A stretch of 64,000 nucleotides of DNA from Camelus dromedarius (GCF_036321535.1 NC_087444.1:73718001-73782000), one strand, 5' to 3'. Shown: positions 39,030-51,051, numbered from the stretch's first letter. The notes: a model not told the origin generated them from the letters alone. Program-made: numbers and translations.

Positions 39030-39618
39030 TTTTACACCCAGGTTGAGCCTGTATTCCCCCTGCTTATTCTGGTGAGGCTGTGCTGCTGTCTCTTTAGCAT
39101 AACTCTCACCTTCCAAGCCTCTGACCCCTTTTGACAACTGACCAGAGTGGCAGGGAGGACCCAGCAGGAGACTGGGAGGCAGGAGGAGGAGCCAAGGAAC
39201 TGCTTTCCCACCTCCAGCTCCGGTCTGCTTCTTCCCACAGCCACAGGCAACAATGGCTCCAGCTGCCAGTTACTTTTGGCACTTCCAGCACCAGCTAGCT
39301 GTACAGACTTGGCAAGATCTCCAGCCTCCTTGGACAGAGGTACTGTCCCCCATAGGCCATGCCCTCTTGGAGGTCAGAACACCAGATACCTGGAGCCCCC
39401 TCCCCAGAGGTCTGAGTTCTACCCTGAGAGACCACTCCTCCAAACTCCTGTGGCCCCAGGTGTTCGAGCTGCTTCTGATAATTACTGTCTCTGCTACCTC
39501 AAGGATCATGACTTGCTCAGCTAGCCTCCTGGCACATGTGTAACCAATTCCCTTTAATAAACTCCCTGTATTTTAAATACCTGGAGTGGTTTCTGTTTTC
39601 CTCTGCAGACCTAGACAC
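39030..39618 (+). mobile_element. MaLR LTR (old MLT1-type)
   Basis: 3' signature ccaattccctttaataaactccct...ggagtggtttctgttttcc. Confidence 0.5.
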
Positions 39619-39789
39619 CTGGTCTAGGTTTCAATTCGACTGAAAGTCTTTGGTCAATTTTGAAATCACTGCTTGTGTTTCTAATAATACTTAAGATCTA
39701 CAACATTAACAATTATAACATGAACATGTTCAAATGTCTGAAGCTTTTTCCTTTAAGGATTAGAAATGAGAAAAACCAAGGCATTATTA

Positions 39790-40460
39790 AAAGATCAGGC
39801 AAGATTAGAAAAGAACAAAGTAGAATTTGTAGCAGGAATGAAATATACAAAGAAATGAAACTGTCACTGAGATGAAAATCTCGGAAGAGTCAAACAGTGG
39901 ATTAGAAACAGCAAAAGGGAGAATTCACGAAATGAAAGGTGGAGATCAGTGTAAACCCAGAAGGCACCACTGAGAGGCAAGTTGATAGAAAATTGAAGAA
40001 AAAAATTAGAGATGTGGAAGGTAGAATTAAAAGGTTCAATAAGCTTCTAGAAGAAAATGTAGAGATGAACGGAGAAGTAAGCTTCGAGAAGATAATGGCT
40101 GAGCACTTCAAAAATTGATGAAAGAAGGATTTCTCAGATGTAAGAAGCAGAATATGTCAAAGGATAAAAGTAACGCATATCGAGATGTATTCTAGTGAAT
40201 CTGCAGAACACCAGAGACAGAGACACCACACTTAAAAAGCCAGGCGGGGTGGAAAACTTGCCTACAAAGGACAGACAATTCAACTGACAATCAACTTGTT
40301 AATAGCAACCATGGAAGCTAGAACTCGGTGGTACAGTATCTCCAATGAACCGAGAGAAAATAACTGTAAATTCAGACTTGAGTGGAAGCCACACCACCTT
40401 CAAAAAATTAGGACAAAATAAAAACATTATCAGACAAAGAAAAACTGGAAAATGAACCCT
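39790..40460 (+). mobile_element. Old L1 ORF1-region remnant
   Basis: A-rich; gaagagtcaaacagtggattagaaacagc, agagatgtggaaggtagaattaaaaggttcaa and gaaagccagaa-like L1 5' coding motifs. Confidence 0.55.
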
Positions 40461-41404
40461 AAGGGGACTCACTGGTTCTTTGGGGGCTTCCTGCTCACAG
40501 GTCTTCCCAGTGAACAGATTTTATAGATGATACACATACGGGTATAGGTGTAGTTATAGAGCTCACACTGTATATTACATAGGCACAAACAATGTATATA
40601 TTATATGTTGTGTGTGTATTATGTATATACATATGCATACATACATACATCTATATATTAGATATACACATACACACATATATGGATACTAGGTGAATGT
40701 ACACTTGTGCATTTCCATGTCTGTTTATGTATATTGAAAACCATGTATTTACAATGATATACCCAAGTCCAACACCTCGAGTTTTCTCCCTTTCCATATG
40801 TATCCCCTCCTTCCTTGGCAATGAGAAATCTGATTCCGTTTTCCTTAATTTACTTATTTGATCAATTCCCCTGTATGTGACCTCACCCCCACCCACACTC
40901 TCATCCCCCGGCTGGGGTTTTCGCTCCCCAAGCCAATGGGCCCCCTCTTCCAGCACAAACGCCTTATGCCCCCCACTTGGACACCCCCACTCTGCTGAGT
41001 TGCTCTAGGGGTAGATGCCCTCATTACCAACCCTAAGATCCCGACACGCCATTCTGGGCCACTGTCCCCACCCCATGCTGGCCTTGCCGGCTTCACACGA
41101 GGGCCTTAGGACTATATTGCTCGGGAAGAAAAGGAAGCAGAAGAGGAAGAACGTCTGCTCCTATTTCATGCATTTAAACATATTAGTGTTTTCTTTTACG
41201 GCTTCTGGATTTTGAATCATAATTCAAAGGTTTTCTACACACCCAGGTTATAAAAGAATTTTGCAATGTTTACTTTTCATTCTTTTTCGTTTCCTGTTTT
41301 ACATTGAAATCTGATCCATTTGGAGTGTATTCAGCATATTATTTTTTCTGTTCCTTTCTTCTATTAGGTGGATGGGGTTTACTTTATTCCCTCTTTTTTC
41401 ATAT

Positions 41405-41507
41405 AGGTTTTGTTTTATCATTATTTTTTCTAATGGAGATGCTGGGGATGGAAGCCAGGACCTCATGCATGCTGGGCATTCACTCCTACTGAGCTATACC
41501 CTTCCCC
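41405..41507 (-). mobile_element. Camelid tRNA-Ala-derived SINE
   Basis: Reverse-strand head (ctgagctataccctt). Confidence 0.75.
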
Positions 41508-41589
41508 CATTTTTATTTTTTTAATTCAAAGTTATATACTCACACAGCAAAGTCATAAAGTGCTCTGTTCTGTTTAAACTTCCGCATCC

Positions 41590-41740
41590 TGGGAGGAGGG
41601 TATAGCTCAGCGGTAGAGCACATGCTTAGCATGCACAAGGTCCTGGGTTCAATCCCCAGAACCTCCATTAAAATAACTAACTAAACAAGCCTAATTACCT
41701 CCCCCCCACCAAAAAAAGGGCAAATAAATAAATAAATAAA
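41590..41740 (+). mobile_element. Camelid tRNA-Ala-derived SINE
   Basis: Full head plus cctaattacctcccccccaccaaaa tail. Confidence 0.85.
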
Positions 41741-41944
41741 CTTCCACACCTTGTCCCTTTAGCAATGGGTCCCTGTAATTAGTGAAAGCAACATTAGTCA
41801 CTGAGGCAGATGAGCTCTGAGATAGCGGACAACTGATTTTTACTTCTTGTTCATGTAAAGTTCAATCAGCAGAGAGAAGAGGGCCAGGAAACAAGGGTGA
41901 TGCAAGGGAGTTGCCTTAACATGCATTTCCCAAGGTCTCCCTGG

Positions 41945-42459
41945 CTATAGCAACCAAGCTCCAAAATGGACCCCAGTCATCCCACTTCTTGATAGCCACA
42001 TGCGGGCTAGTCCCCTCCCACTATGTACTAGAGTTGGTCCGTGTGACCAATAGCCAGTGACAGAGGTGATGGGGTATCACTTCTGAGACTGGGTTATAAA
42101 GACCATGGCTTCCATCTTGGGCTCTTTCTCGAGTTCTCATCACTTGCTCTGGGGGAAGTTAGCTGCTGCAGCCAAACAGCCTATGGAGATGCCATCAGAC
42201 AGAGAAGAACTGAGGCCTCCAGCCAACAGCCATGGGAGTGGAGTGGACTCCTCTAGCCCCAGCGGAACCTTCAGATGACTGCAGCCCTGGCTAACAGCGT
42301 GACTGAACCCTCATGGGAAGGCCTGAGCCAAAACCACCCAGCTGAAGCTGTTCTCAATTCCTGACCTTCAGAAACTATGTGACATAATAAATGTTTGTAA
42401 TTTTGAGCTGTGAGGAATTTGGGGGGCAACATGTTACACAGCAATATATAATTAATGAC
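41945..42459 (+). mobile_element. MaLR LTR (MLT1E/F-like)
   Basis: ccttcagatgactgcagccctggc...aattcctgaccttcagaaactatgtgacataataaatg...gttacacagcaata. Confidence 0.7.
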
Positions 42460-42650
42460 AGAAACTACTATATACAAAGATAATAAGGTCCTACTGTATA
42501 GCACAGGGAACTATATTAATAGCTTGTAAGAATCTATAATAAAAAGAATATGAAAAAGTATATATATAATATATACGTAAAACTGAATCACTATGCTGTA
42601 CACCAGAAACTAACATAACATTATAAATCATCTATACTTCAGTTTAAAAA
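42460..42650 (+). mobile_element. L1 3' end fragment
   Basis: aaggtcctactgtatagcacagggaactata...tgctgtacaccagaaactaac. Confidence 0.7.
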
Positions 42651-42935
42651 AAAGACTCATCCATGTTGTAGCATATGCCTAGATTTCTCATTTTTGAGAG
42701 CCAATAAATTCCCTTTTGGGATTCAAAAAAAATAGACAACTAATGCACTAGCATCCACATTTAATCAGCAGGTGAGAAGGGAAAGATGGACACATGGGGA
42801 GATTTTTATGAACCAGACCTGGAAGTGAAGCAGAGCTCTCTTGCCTGTATTTCATTGTCCAGAACCAGTCACATGACCCGGTTCTCATGCAAGGAAGGCT
42901 GGGAAATGTAGTCTTTCCGTGGACATTAAGGAAGG

Positions 42936-43170
42936 GGAAGGAGGGAGGGTAAAGCTCAGTGGTAGAGCATGTGCTTAGCATGCACCAGGTCCTGGGTTCN
43001 NNNNNNNNNNNNNNNNNNNNNNNNNNNNNNNNNNNNNNNNNNNNNNNNNNNNNNNNNNNNNNNNNNNNNNNNNNNNNNNNNNNNNNNNNNNNNNNNNNNN
43101 NNNNNNNNNNNNNNNNNNNNNNNNNNNNNNNNNNNNNNNNNCTGCCAAATAAATAAATATAAATAAATAA
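42936..43170 (+). mobile_element. Camelid tRNA-Ala-derived SINE spanning a gap
   Basis: Head at 42943-42999, A-rich tail after the gap. Confidence 0.7.
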
Positions 43171-43904
43171 AAGGAAGGGGAGCACAAATTCTTGAGGGTC
43201 AGTTTACCTTCTCTGCCGCCAACAGTCCTCTGCCTGGGGAATTCCTCTCCATCATGACCCCATTCAAGTGTCACCTTTTGGGGGAGAACTTTCTCAATCC
43301 ATCAGCCCACACCACCCCTCAATGACAACACTCATTCTACTAGAGTCTCACTGAAATGTGTGAAACTGGGGTTAGGGTTGGGTTTGCCACTAAGCACATC
43401 TGATTCACTATGCGTCCCCCCGAACCCTGCTTCCTGGGGCATTAAAAGTGTGTTTCAGTGTTGCTTCTGGGATGTTTTCCCAAGCTGCTGATCTCCACTC
43501 AGCAAACTGTGAGGCCAGTACTTCTGATGTCCACACACAAGCAGGCCACGAAAACTTAGATGACCCCATGGGTGATAAGGGCTATCCCTACTTCAGAGAT
43601 GTTGAAACGCGCCCCTCAGACTGATGAAGAAGGACATATCAGATGTTCTGCCTGTTTGATTCCTTTTGTCCTTTCCTGGTATCCAGGCTAGCAGGCAGCT
43701 GCTTTAACTGTGCAAGACAGGGCTGCAAATGAGAGCATCCTTATTTTGAAACACTCAGCAGGAAAAAGTTCAACTGGGGTTGAAATCCATTTGCCTTATG
43801 ACAGGAACTGTCAACATTACTTCTGTCAATGAAAGAAAAGAGAAAGCTGTTTATTTTTAAACTTTGATTTCTTCCATAATACATACATAAAACTTCGGTG
43901 TATG

Positions 43905-44340
43905 GTATATTCCTTTCCTAAGGTTGCTGTACCAAATTACTATTAATTGAGAGCCTTAAAATAACAACAACAAAAAAGTATTCTCTCACAGTACTGGAGA
44001 CAGAGGTCCAAAATCAGAATCACCAGGTCGAAATCGAGGTATGGACCGGGCAATGCTCCCTCTGGAGGCTCTTAGGGGAGAATCTGCTCCTTACCTCCTG
44101 CAGCTTCTAATGGTTACCGGAATTGCTTGGCTCGTGATCACACGACTCCAGTCTTCAAGGCCAGCATCTTCAAATCTCTCTCTGCTCCATCTTCACATCA
44201 TCATCTCTTCTGTGTGTATCAAGTATCCCTCTGCCTGTATCTTGTAAGGATACAAGTGATTACATTTAGAACCTGCCCAGATAACCCAGGATACCCACCT
44301 ATCTCAGGATCCCTCATTTAATCAGATTTGCAATGAACTC
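43905..44340. mobile_element. MaLR LTR (MLT1B/C-like)
   Basis: tttcctaaggttgctgtaccaaattac...ccctctggaggctcttaggggagaatc...tcaggatccctcatttaatc. Confidence 0.7.
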
Positions 44341-44379
44341 TTTTTACATGCTCTACCACTGAGCTACACCCTCCCCCAG

Positions 44380-44790
44380 AGACTTAAACATGAGACAAGA
44401 CACTGCAAACTTCCTAGAAGAAAACATAGGCAAAACATTTTCTGACATAAATCTTAGCAATGTTGTCCTAGGGCAGTCTACTCAGGCAATAGAAATCAAA
44501 GCAAAAATAAACAAATGGGGTCTAATTACACTGATAAGGGAGTGGGAAGGGATGAACTGGGACTCCGAGATTTTCAGTAGTTAATATACTACTATATACA
44601 AAATAGATAAACAAGTTCTTCTATATAGCTCAGGGAACTATATTCAATATCTTATAGTAACCTATAATGAAAAAGAATATGAAAAGGAATATATGTATGT
44701 ATATGCATGACTGAAACATTATGCTGTACACCAGAAATTGACACAACATTGTAACCTGACTAAATGTCAATTAAAATAATAATAATATAA
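44380..44790 (+). mobile_element. Internally deleted L1 (ORF2 piece joined to 3' UTR)
   Basis: aaacttcctagaagaaaacataggcaaaac...gcaaaaataaacaaatggggtctaatta joined to the L1 3' UTR family. Confidence 0.7.
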
Positions 44791-44874
44791 AAAGAAGTAA
44801 TTATGAAGCAAACGCCTGAAGCACCAGCATTCAGGTTAAGCAGTATAATATTGTCTCCCCCCAAGTCCTTCACA

Positions 44875-44904
<30 letters not shown>

Positions 44905-44905
<1 letters not shown>

Positions 44906-45300
44906 GAGGAAAACTGCTATAAATTCTAATCAGGAGAAAATACTAGACAGATTAAAATTCAGGAGCAAAGACAAAACACTCAGCCAATATTCTTCAAAAC
45001 TGTCAAGGTCATGAAAGACAAGGAAAAACTGAAAACTCAGAAATTGGAGGAAAATAAGAACATGTGACAATTCTATGCAATGTGGCATCCTGGGTCGATT
45101 TTGGAACAGAAAAAGGACAACTGTGGAAAAACTGATGAAATTCAAATAAAGCCTGTAGTTGAGTTAATAGTATTGTACTGTTAATTTATTACTTTTGACA
45201 AATAAACCGTAGTTATTAAGGTGTTTACATTAAGGGAAACTGGGCCAAGGGTATAGGAGCTTTCTGTACTAGGTTGGCAACTTATCTTTGTAAATATGAA
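44905..45300 (+). mobile_element. Old L1 (L1MC/ME-type) 3' fragment
   Basis: Similar to the 35830 copy (ttctaatcaggagaaaa...tcttcaaaactgtcaaggtcatgaaagac). Confidence 0.55.
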
Positions 45301-45384
45301 GTTATTCCAAATCTAAAAGCTTCTGGGTTGGTAACACGTGGAGGTAATTACTGCAAGAGAGGTGTCGCTTCCCCATCCTCCCAT

Positions 45385-45570
45385 AGAGTTTAAATCATCC
45401 CTGGATTACTTATAAGACCTAATACAATGTAAATAGTTCTAAATACACTGTAAATACTATGTGAATAGTTGACAGCCAAGTTTTGCGTTGGGGAAATTTC
45501 TGGATTTTTTTTTTTTTTTTCGAATTTTTTCCATCCACAGATTGGTTGAATCAGTGGCTGCAGAATTCCC
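45385..45570. mobile_element. MER2 (TcMar-Tigger MITE)
   Basis: taaatcatccctggattacttataagacctaatacaatgtaaa...ttggttgaatcagtggctgcagaa. Confidence 0.7.
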
Positions 45571-45699
45571 AGCTAGGGAACGCTTTTCAACGAGGGAAGT
45601 AACACAAAACAGCATGAAAAGAAAAATCTCACAAAGCAACGTAGAGTGAAAGAAGTCCTATTTTATTTCTTTTGGTCCTCTCATCCATGGCTGGTAGGG

Positions 45700-46240
45700 G
45701 TGTGAAGCAATACATCTAGTCTATCGGCAAATCCCGTTGTTCCAACCTTCAACATGCACCAGAATCCAATCACTTCTTGCTTCTCCCCCCAGTGACCACC
45801 CTGGTTCGGCTGCCATCACCGCCAACCTGGGCTCTTCAGTCTCCACTCGGGAAACTCCCGGCTTCCGCCCTCGCCTCCCTCTGTTGGTTCCCTCATGCGG
45901 CCACCAGAGGGCGCCTGTTCCCATTTACAGAGGGTCAGTTTCCTTTTTGGCTCCGTGCTTATTCCCGGAAAAGTTTAACTGCTCACATTGATTTTACAAG
46001 GCTCTGAAGGAGCTGGCTCGACTACACCCTGCCCTCATATTCCACCCTCTCCTGCCTCGCTCAATCTGTTCCAGACACGCTGGCCTCCTCCAAGTTCCTG
46101 GAACACATAAGGCACCCTCTAGCCTCAGGGCCTTTGCACTGGCTGTTCGCTAGGCTTGGAATGCTCTTCCCTGGGACGCCCACAAGGTTCACTCCTCACC
46201 TGCCTTAGGCAGCCGCTCCAATGCCACTTTCTACTGGGGA
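45700..46240. mobile_element. L2 fragment carrying a CTCF motif
   Basis: cagaatccaatcacttctt...ctcagggcctttgcactggctgttc...ttggaatgctcttccc L2 signatures. Confidence 0.7.
45898..45916 (+). promoter_or_regulatory. CTCF motif
   Basis: CGGCCACCAGAGGGCGCCT closely matches the CTCF core consensus. Confidence 0.75.
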
Positions 46241-46534
46241 TTAGATATCAAGGAATTATTGTTACTTTCATTAGGTGTGTAAAGGGATTGACAGCAGAGA
46301 ATGTCTTCCTTGTTGGAAACAACCGAAGTGTAGAGTGGGGAGCAAAGATGGCTGAAACTGACTCACCTGGTTCAGCAGATATAGAAATATAAGACCAAAG
46401 AAGCGCTGTGGCAAAATGTGGCAAATTGCTGAATGCTCTCTGTAGATGTAGGTGTGAACTGTACTATTCTTTCTACTTTTCTGTATATTTGACATTTTTC
46501 ATAAGAAAAAGGGCTTTCTAAAAATTTTTTCTTT

Positions 46535-47390
46535 TTTTTTCTTTTTTGGGGGGTGGGAATTAGTTTGGTTTGTTCATTTATTTATTTATTTGTTTGTTTT
46601 TCCCAATCAACACAGCTTTTATTGTATCCTTAGTATATCACAAATGAATCTGAAGAATCATCTGTCATCTTGCTTTCTGTACCTGGACAACTTGGATATT
46701 ATTCATCAGCCTGCTGAATTGTTCCTTTTTCAGAAACATAGATACCATCCAAAAATTTTCTGATATCCTTGTTTTTATCTGTTGTGGCTTGCTGAATCAA
46801 AGCAGCTGAAGTTGATACCAGTTCAATGTCTTTTCCCTCAAGAACTAACTCATCTTTCTGAGCTTGAGATACTGAACAAGCAACACCTGGCCTCATTCGA
46901 ACCCCGCGTATGTATTTTTCACCCAAGAAATTTCGGATTTCAACAAGCGAACCATTCTCCCGAATAACGACTTTGATGGGGATGCGAGCATGCACAGACC
47001 TCACCTTGTAACAGATGCCCAGTTTAACACCCTTGGTCGTGTTCTGTACATGACTACAGATAGAAAAGAACTGGCTACAGTTCGCACTATTTCCCCACCG
47101 CTTGTCAACCTGGAGCCTCTTCTTTTTCTTTCCAAGGAGACTGAGTTCTACATTGATGTGATTGAAGTCCCTCCGCAGGGTGCCTCTGGGGCCCTTCACA
47201 ATAACTGTGTGTCCCTTCAAAGTGGTGGCGACATTTTCTGGAATGTCGACAGTCTGAGTCCTGATAACAGATTTTCGCAGGAGATGCGGCAAAGAGCTCA
47301 TTTATTTATTTTTAACGGAGGCACGGGGGATTGAATCCAGGACCTTGTACATGCTAAGCATGTGCTCTACCACTGAGCTATGCCCTCCCA
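46535..47390 (-). mobile_element. Camelid SINE split by the RPL9 retrocopy (head 47298-47390, tail 46535-46587)
   Basis: Head and diagnostic tail (aaactaattcccaccccccaaaaaa) lie on either side of the pseudogene. Confidence 0.75.
46588..47297 (-). pseudogene. RPL9: Processed pseudogene of 60S ribosomal protein L9
   Basis: Intronless RPL9-like ORF (QTVDIPENV...[19 protein letters not shown]) at 46699-~47270. Has a pyrimidine 5' leader, AATAAA at ~46618-46623, an A-rich tail and a 14-bp target-site duplication. The native ATG is lost, and there are many substitutions plus an internal inversion. Confidence 0.93.
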
Positions 47391-47539
47391 CAAAAGGGTT
47401 TTAAATGACACCTAAGTGAGACCTTTCCTGACCACAGTATTTAAAAGTGTACTCCTTCCAATACCCCATCGTCTCTCCCTGCTTCCTTTTTCCCATAGCA
47501 CTCGTCTCTGTTTAACATCCATCCACCCATCCAAGCTTT

Positions 47540-47830
47540 TATATACTTTATAATAAATACATAAATGTAAATGTATAAATATATTACACTTTATGCTTTA
47601 CAAATGTCCTTCATAATATATAATACCTAAACATATTATACTGAATAGTATATAAGTATATAAGTATACTTACATATATATACTTTATAATATACAAATG
47701 CATACTTTACAAGAAATATAATATAAATATATAATACAGAAATATATTTATGTAAACATAAATACCATAATATTAATAATACAATTGTATTTAATTATAA
47801 TAATTAATACATAATACGATAGAAAGTATA
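47540..47830. repeat. AT-rich low-complexity tract
   Basis: Almost exclusively TA/ATA repeats. Confidence 0.8.
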
Positions 47831-47871
47831 TAGTTTGTAAGGTTGATTTTACCAGTGTGCAGTATGTCTTT

Positions 47872-47958
47872 CTTTTTTAAGTGGAGGTACTGGGGATTGA
47901 ACCCAGGACCTCGTGCATGCTAAGCATGCGCTCTACCACTGAGCTATAACCTCCTCCC
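47872..47958 (-). mobile_element. Camelid tRNA-Ala-derived SINE
   Basis: Reverse-strand head. Confidence 0.8.
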
Positions 47959-49276
47959 TATAGTACCTACTCTTACTCCCTGCTGGAACCCCAGTCCCAG
48001 CCCAGGGCCTGCCAGTCAGCAGGCTCTTAAACGTTAGTGGCATGAATGAATTCCCTTTCCTGGGTCTCAGAGCAGGCTCAAAGGTCCCTGGAGGCAGAGA
48101 GTTGCTTCACCAGGGATGTTAGGATGCCCAAGGGCCAAGGCCCCTGTTTCCTCTGCTCCGTGTGGGTCTAGCTCGGCCCGCCAACTTTCAATGCCTGGAG
48201 TTGCGGCACCTCTGATGCCCCAGAGTCTCCCGGGCACTGCCTGGTCCCAGACTGTGCCAGGCATGACTGTCCGAATTAATCTCCCAACAAGCCCATGAGT
48301 GAGGTGCTATTATTATTCCCATTTTATAGACAGGGAAACTGAGGCCCTGGGGGATCACTTTGACCAATCCACACATCTAGACAACAGAGGAGTTAAGGTT
48401 TTAACCCCTACACAGTTTAGCTTCCAAGTCCACGTTCTTCACCACTGAACATTACCTCCTGGGGACGGCACAGGGAGGGAGGCAGATGAAGTCTAACGTG
48501 CTATGCACTCTCTTACCTTTACTAAATTTAGTTTCTTGGAAGAAATATTTCCTGGCCACTGGGACTTGAGTATGTGTGTGGAGAGAGATCTCATCAGCCC
48601 TCCCTGGCCGCTGGAACTGTCCACCTCCCAGTAGAGAAGACCCAGTGCTTCGGCCGCCCACCTGGGTCACTTTAAACCCGGCGGGTCCTGAGGCCTCGTC
48701 CACCTGCATCTGCAGATTTCCACAGACCCAGAGTCGTGACCATCTGTTCACCAAGCACCCTCGCTGCCTCTGTCCACTGCCTCCTGCAAGCTCCGCTGAG
48801 CTGGTGGCAGACAGCGACCACCCCCCAGGAGCTGAAGGTCCGCGCGGGGGAGTCTGGGATCCCAAGCCTAGCGACCACTGACCTCATGAGGTTTCAGCCA
48901 TTTGATTGGCTACGTGGTCTGCTAGCTTCTATGTCATCTGAGGAATGGGCAGGGTGGGCTGGAAGAGGGATTCTTCATCAGGAGTTACAGATCAGGGCTG
49001 GGCTCCTAAACCTTTTGAAATCACATGCGAAATTGGACATATAGCCTAAGCATTTGTGTAAGATATGGGCGCGGGTTGGGGTGGGGGAGAGACACTCTGG
49101 GTTACCCAAACCCTTATACTGGAGTAACCCCCGACAGGGGACCTCTGAATCTTACTTAGCATTGCCGTCTGTAAATGGAGATGAGAGAAGTACTGTAATC
49201 TCGGTGCCTAGTACCCTTTCAGAGAAAGTCTCGGGAAACTGCTAGCTATCATTTGATTATTATGTTCTGAACATTT

Positions 49277-49278
<2 letters not shown>

Positions 49279-49326
<48 letters not shown>

Positions 49327-49348
49327 CGCGCGCGCGCGCATGCGTGTG
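49279..49348. repeat. (TG)n(CG)10 compound microsatellite
   Basis: Uninterrupted purine-pyrimidine alternation. Confidence 0.95.
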
Positions 49349-49349
49349 G

Positions 49350-50720
49350 TAAAACTAATGTAACATAAAATTCACTATTTTAGCTATTTTATTTTATTGA
49401 GGAGGAGGAATTAGGTTTATTTCTTTATTTTATTTTATTTTATTTTAATGGAGGATGGAACTCAGGACCTTGAGCATGCTAAGAACACGCTTTATCACTG
49501 AGCTATACTTACCGCCCCTTAGCTATTTTAAAGTGTACAATTCAGTGGCATTTAGTACATTCACAAAGTTGTGCCACTGTCACAGCTATCTAGTTCCAGA
49601 ACATCTCATCATCCCAAAAGGAAACCTTGTAGCCATTAAATAGTCACTTTCCTCCCTCCCACAAACCACTAATCTGGTTTCTGTCTCTATAAATTAACCT
49701 ACTCTGGAGATTTCACATCAATGGAATCATACAATGTGTGGCCTTTTGTGTCTGGTTTCTTTCACTTAGCTTGATGTTTTCAGGGTTCATTTGTGTTGTA
49801 GCCTGTGTGAGTACTTCATTTCTTCCTTTTGTAGGCTGAAAAATTTCCACCATATGGATAGATTATATTTTGTTTATCCACTCATCCCATGATGGTCGTT
49901 TGGGTTGTTTCCCCCTTTGGGCTACTATAAATAATGCTATTTAATTTCATATATAGGTTTTTGTTTGAAAGCCTGTTTTTAACTTGTAGTTTTTGGAGGT
50001 ATATACCTAGGAGTGCAGTTGCTGGATCATTTGGTAATTCTGTTTATCCTCTTAAAGAGCTGCCAAACTGTGTTCCCCAGCAGCTGCTCTATTTTACAAG
50101 TTTGCATTTCCATCAGCAAAGCATAAGAGTTCGCATTTCTCCACACCCTCACCAACGTTTATTTTCCTTTTTTTGTTGTTGTTATTGCCATCCTAGCAGG
50201 TGTGAAGTGTTGTTTCATTGTGGCTTTGATCTACATTTACATCCTTAATGATTGTGTGTTGAGTATTTTCATATATGTGTCAGCCATTTGTATATCTTCT
50301 TTGGAGAATTGTCTATTTAAGTCTTTGTCCATTTTTAAGTTTGAGTTGCCTCTCTGTTACTAAGTTGTAGGAGTCTATATATTCTGAATATTAGACCTAT
50401 ATCAGATACATGATTTGCAAATATTTTTCCTACTCTGTCGGGATGCCTTTTCATTCTCTTGTTAGTGTCACTTGTTGGACCAAGTTTTTAGTTTTAATTT
50501 ATCTAATTATCTAATTTATCTATTTTTTTCTTCTGTCGCCCGTTCTTTGGGTGTCCCATCTAAGAAACCACTGCCAAATTGAAAGTAATGACAATTCAGC
50601 CCTATGTTTTTTTCTAAGAGTTTTATAGTTTTAGCTCTTATATTTAGGCATTTGATGGTTTGAGTTCATTTTTGTATGATGTAGGCTAGACTTCAGTCTT
50701 TCGCATGTGCATACCCAGTT
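49350..50720 (-). mobile_element. L1 (L1MB-like) 3' region, with a SINE inserted at ~49385-49518
   Basis: aagtgtacaattcagtggcatttagtacattcaca...aatggaatcatacaatgtgtggccttttgtgtctgg...ggagtgcagttgctggatcatttggtaattc. Confidence 0.8.
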
Positions 50721-50724
50721 ATTG

Positions 50725-50856
50725 TTTTTTGTTGGGTAGGAGATAATTAGATGTATTTATTTACTTATTTATTTTTTAAATGGGGGTACTGGGAATGGAA
50801 CCCAGGACCTCGTGCTAACTAAACAGGCACTCTACCACTAAGCTATACCCTCCCCC
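50725..50856 (-). mobile_element. Camelid tRNA-Ala-derived SINE
   Basis: Reverse-strand head and tail. Confidence 0.8.
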
Positions 50857-51051
50857 TTCAAGCCAGTGTTTCCAAACAATCCTAAAAAGTGTCTTCCCAA
50901 ACAGGTGTCCCTCCAGGTGTTTGAAAATTTTTATAGTGCCATAAAAAGGTTTTAACCAATCACACAATGAAAACTGCTGGAAGTCTTTTAGGATGCTCCC
51001 ACCATAAATCGCCTTTTCCCTCTTCCCGCCTTTGAGACTGTATCCCAAAAC

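Noticed and set aside
41595-41668. tRNA-Ala(AGC)-like sequences (also 22903, 36152, 37165, 47880, 59392 and others)
   Set aside because: Each continues into the shared SINE tail (cctaattacctccccccacc + A-run), several have TSDs, and stems are mismatched. They are SINE heads, not tRNA genes.
43480-43760. Possible C/D snoRNA (TGATGA...CTGA) in unique intergenic sequence
   Set aside because: No host intron, terminal stem or properly placed D box; probably chance.
46990-47334. Plus-strand ORF containing [10 protein letters not shown] as a second RPL9 copy
   Set aside because: It is only the inverted 23-bp segment of the single minus-strand pseudogene.
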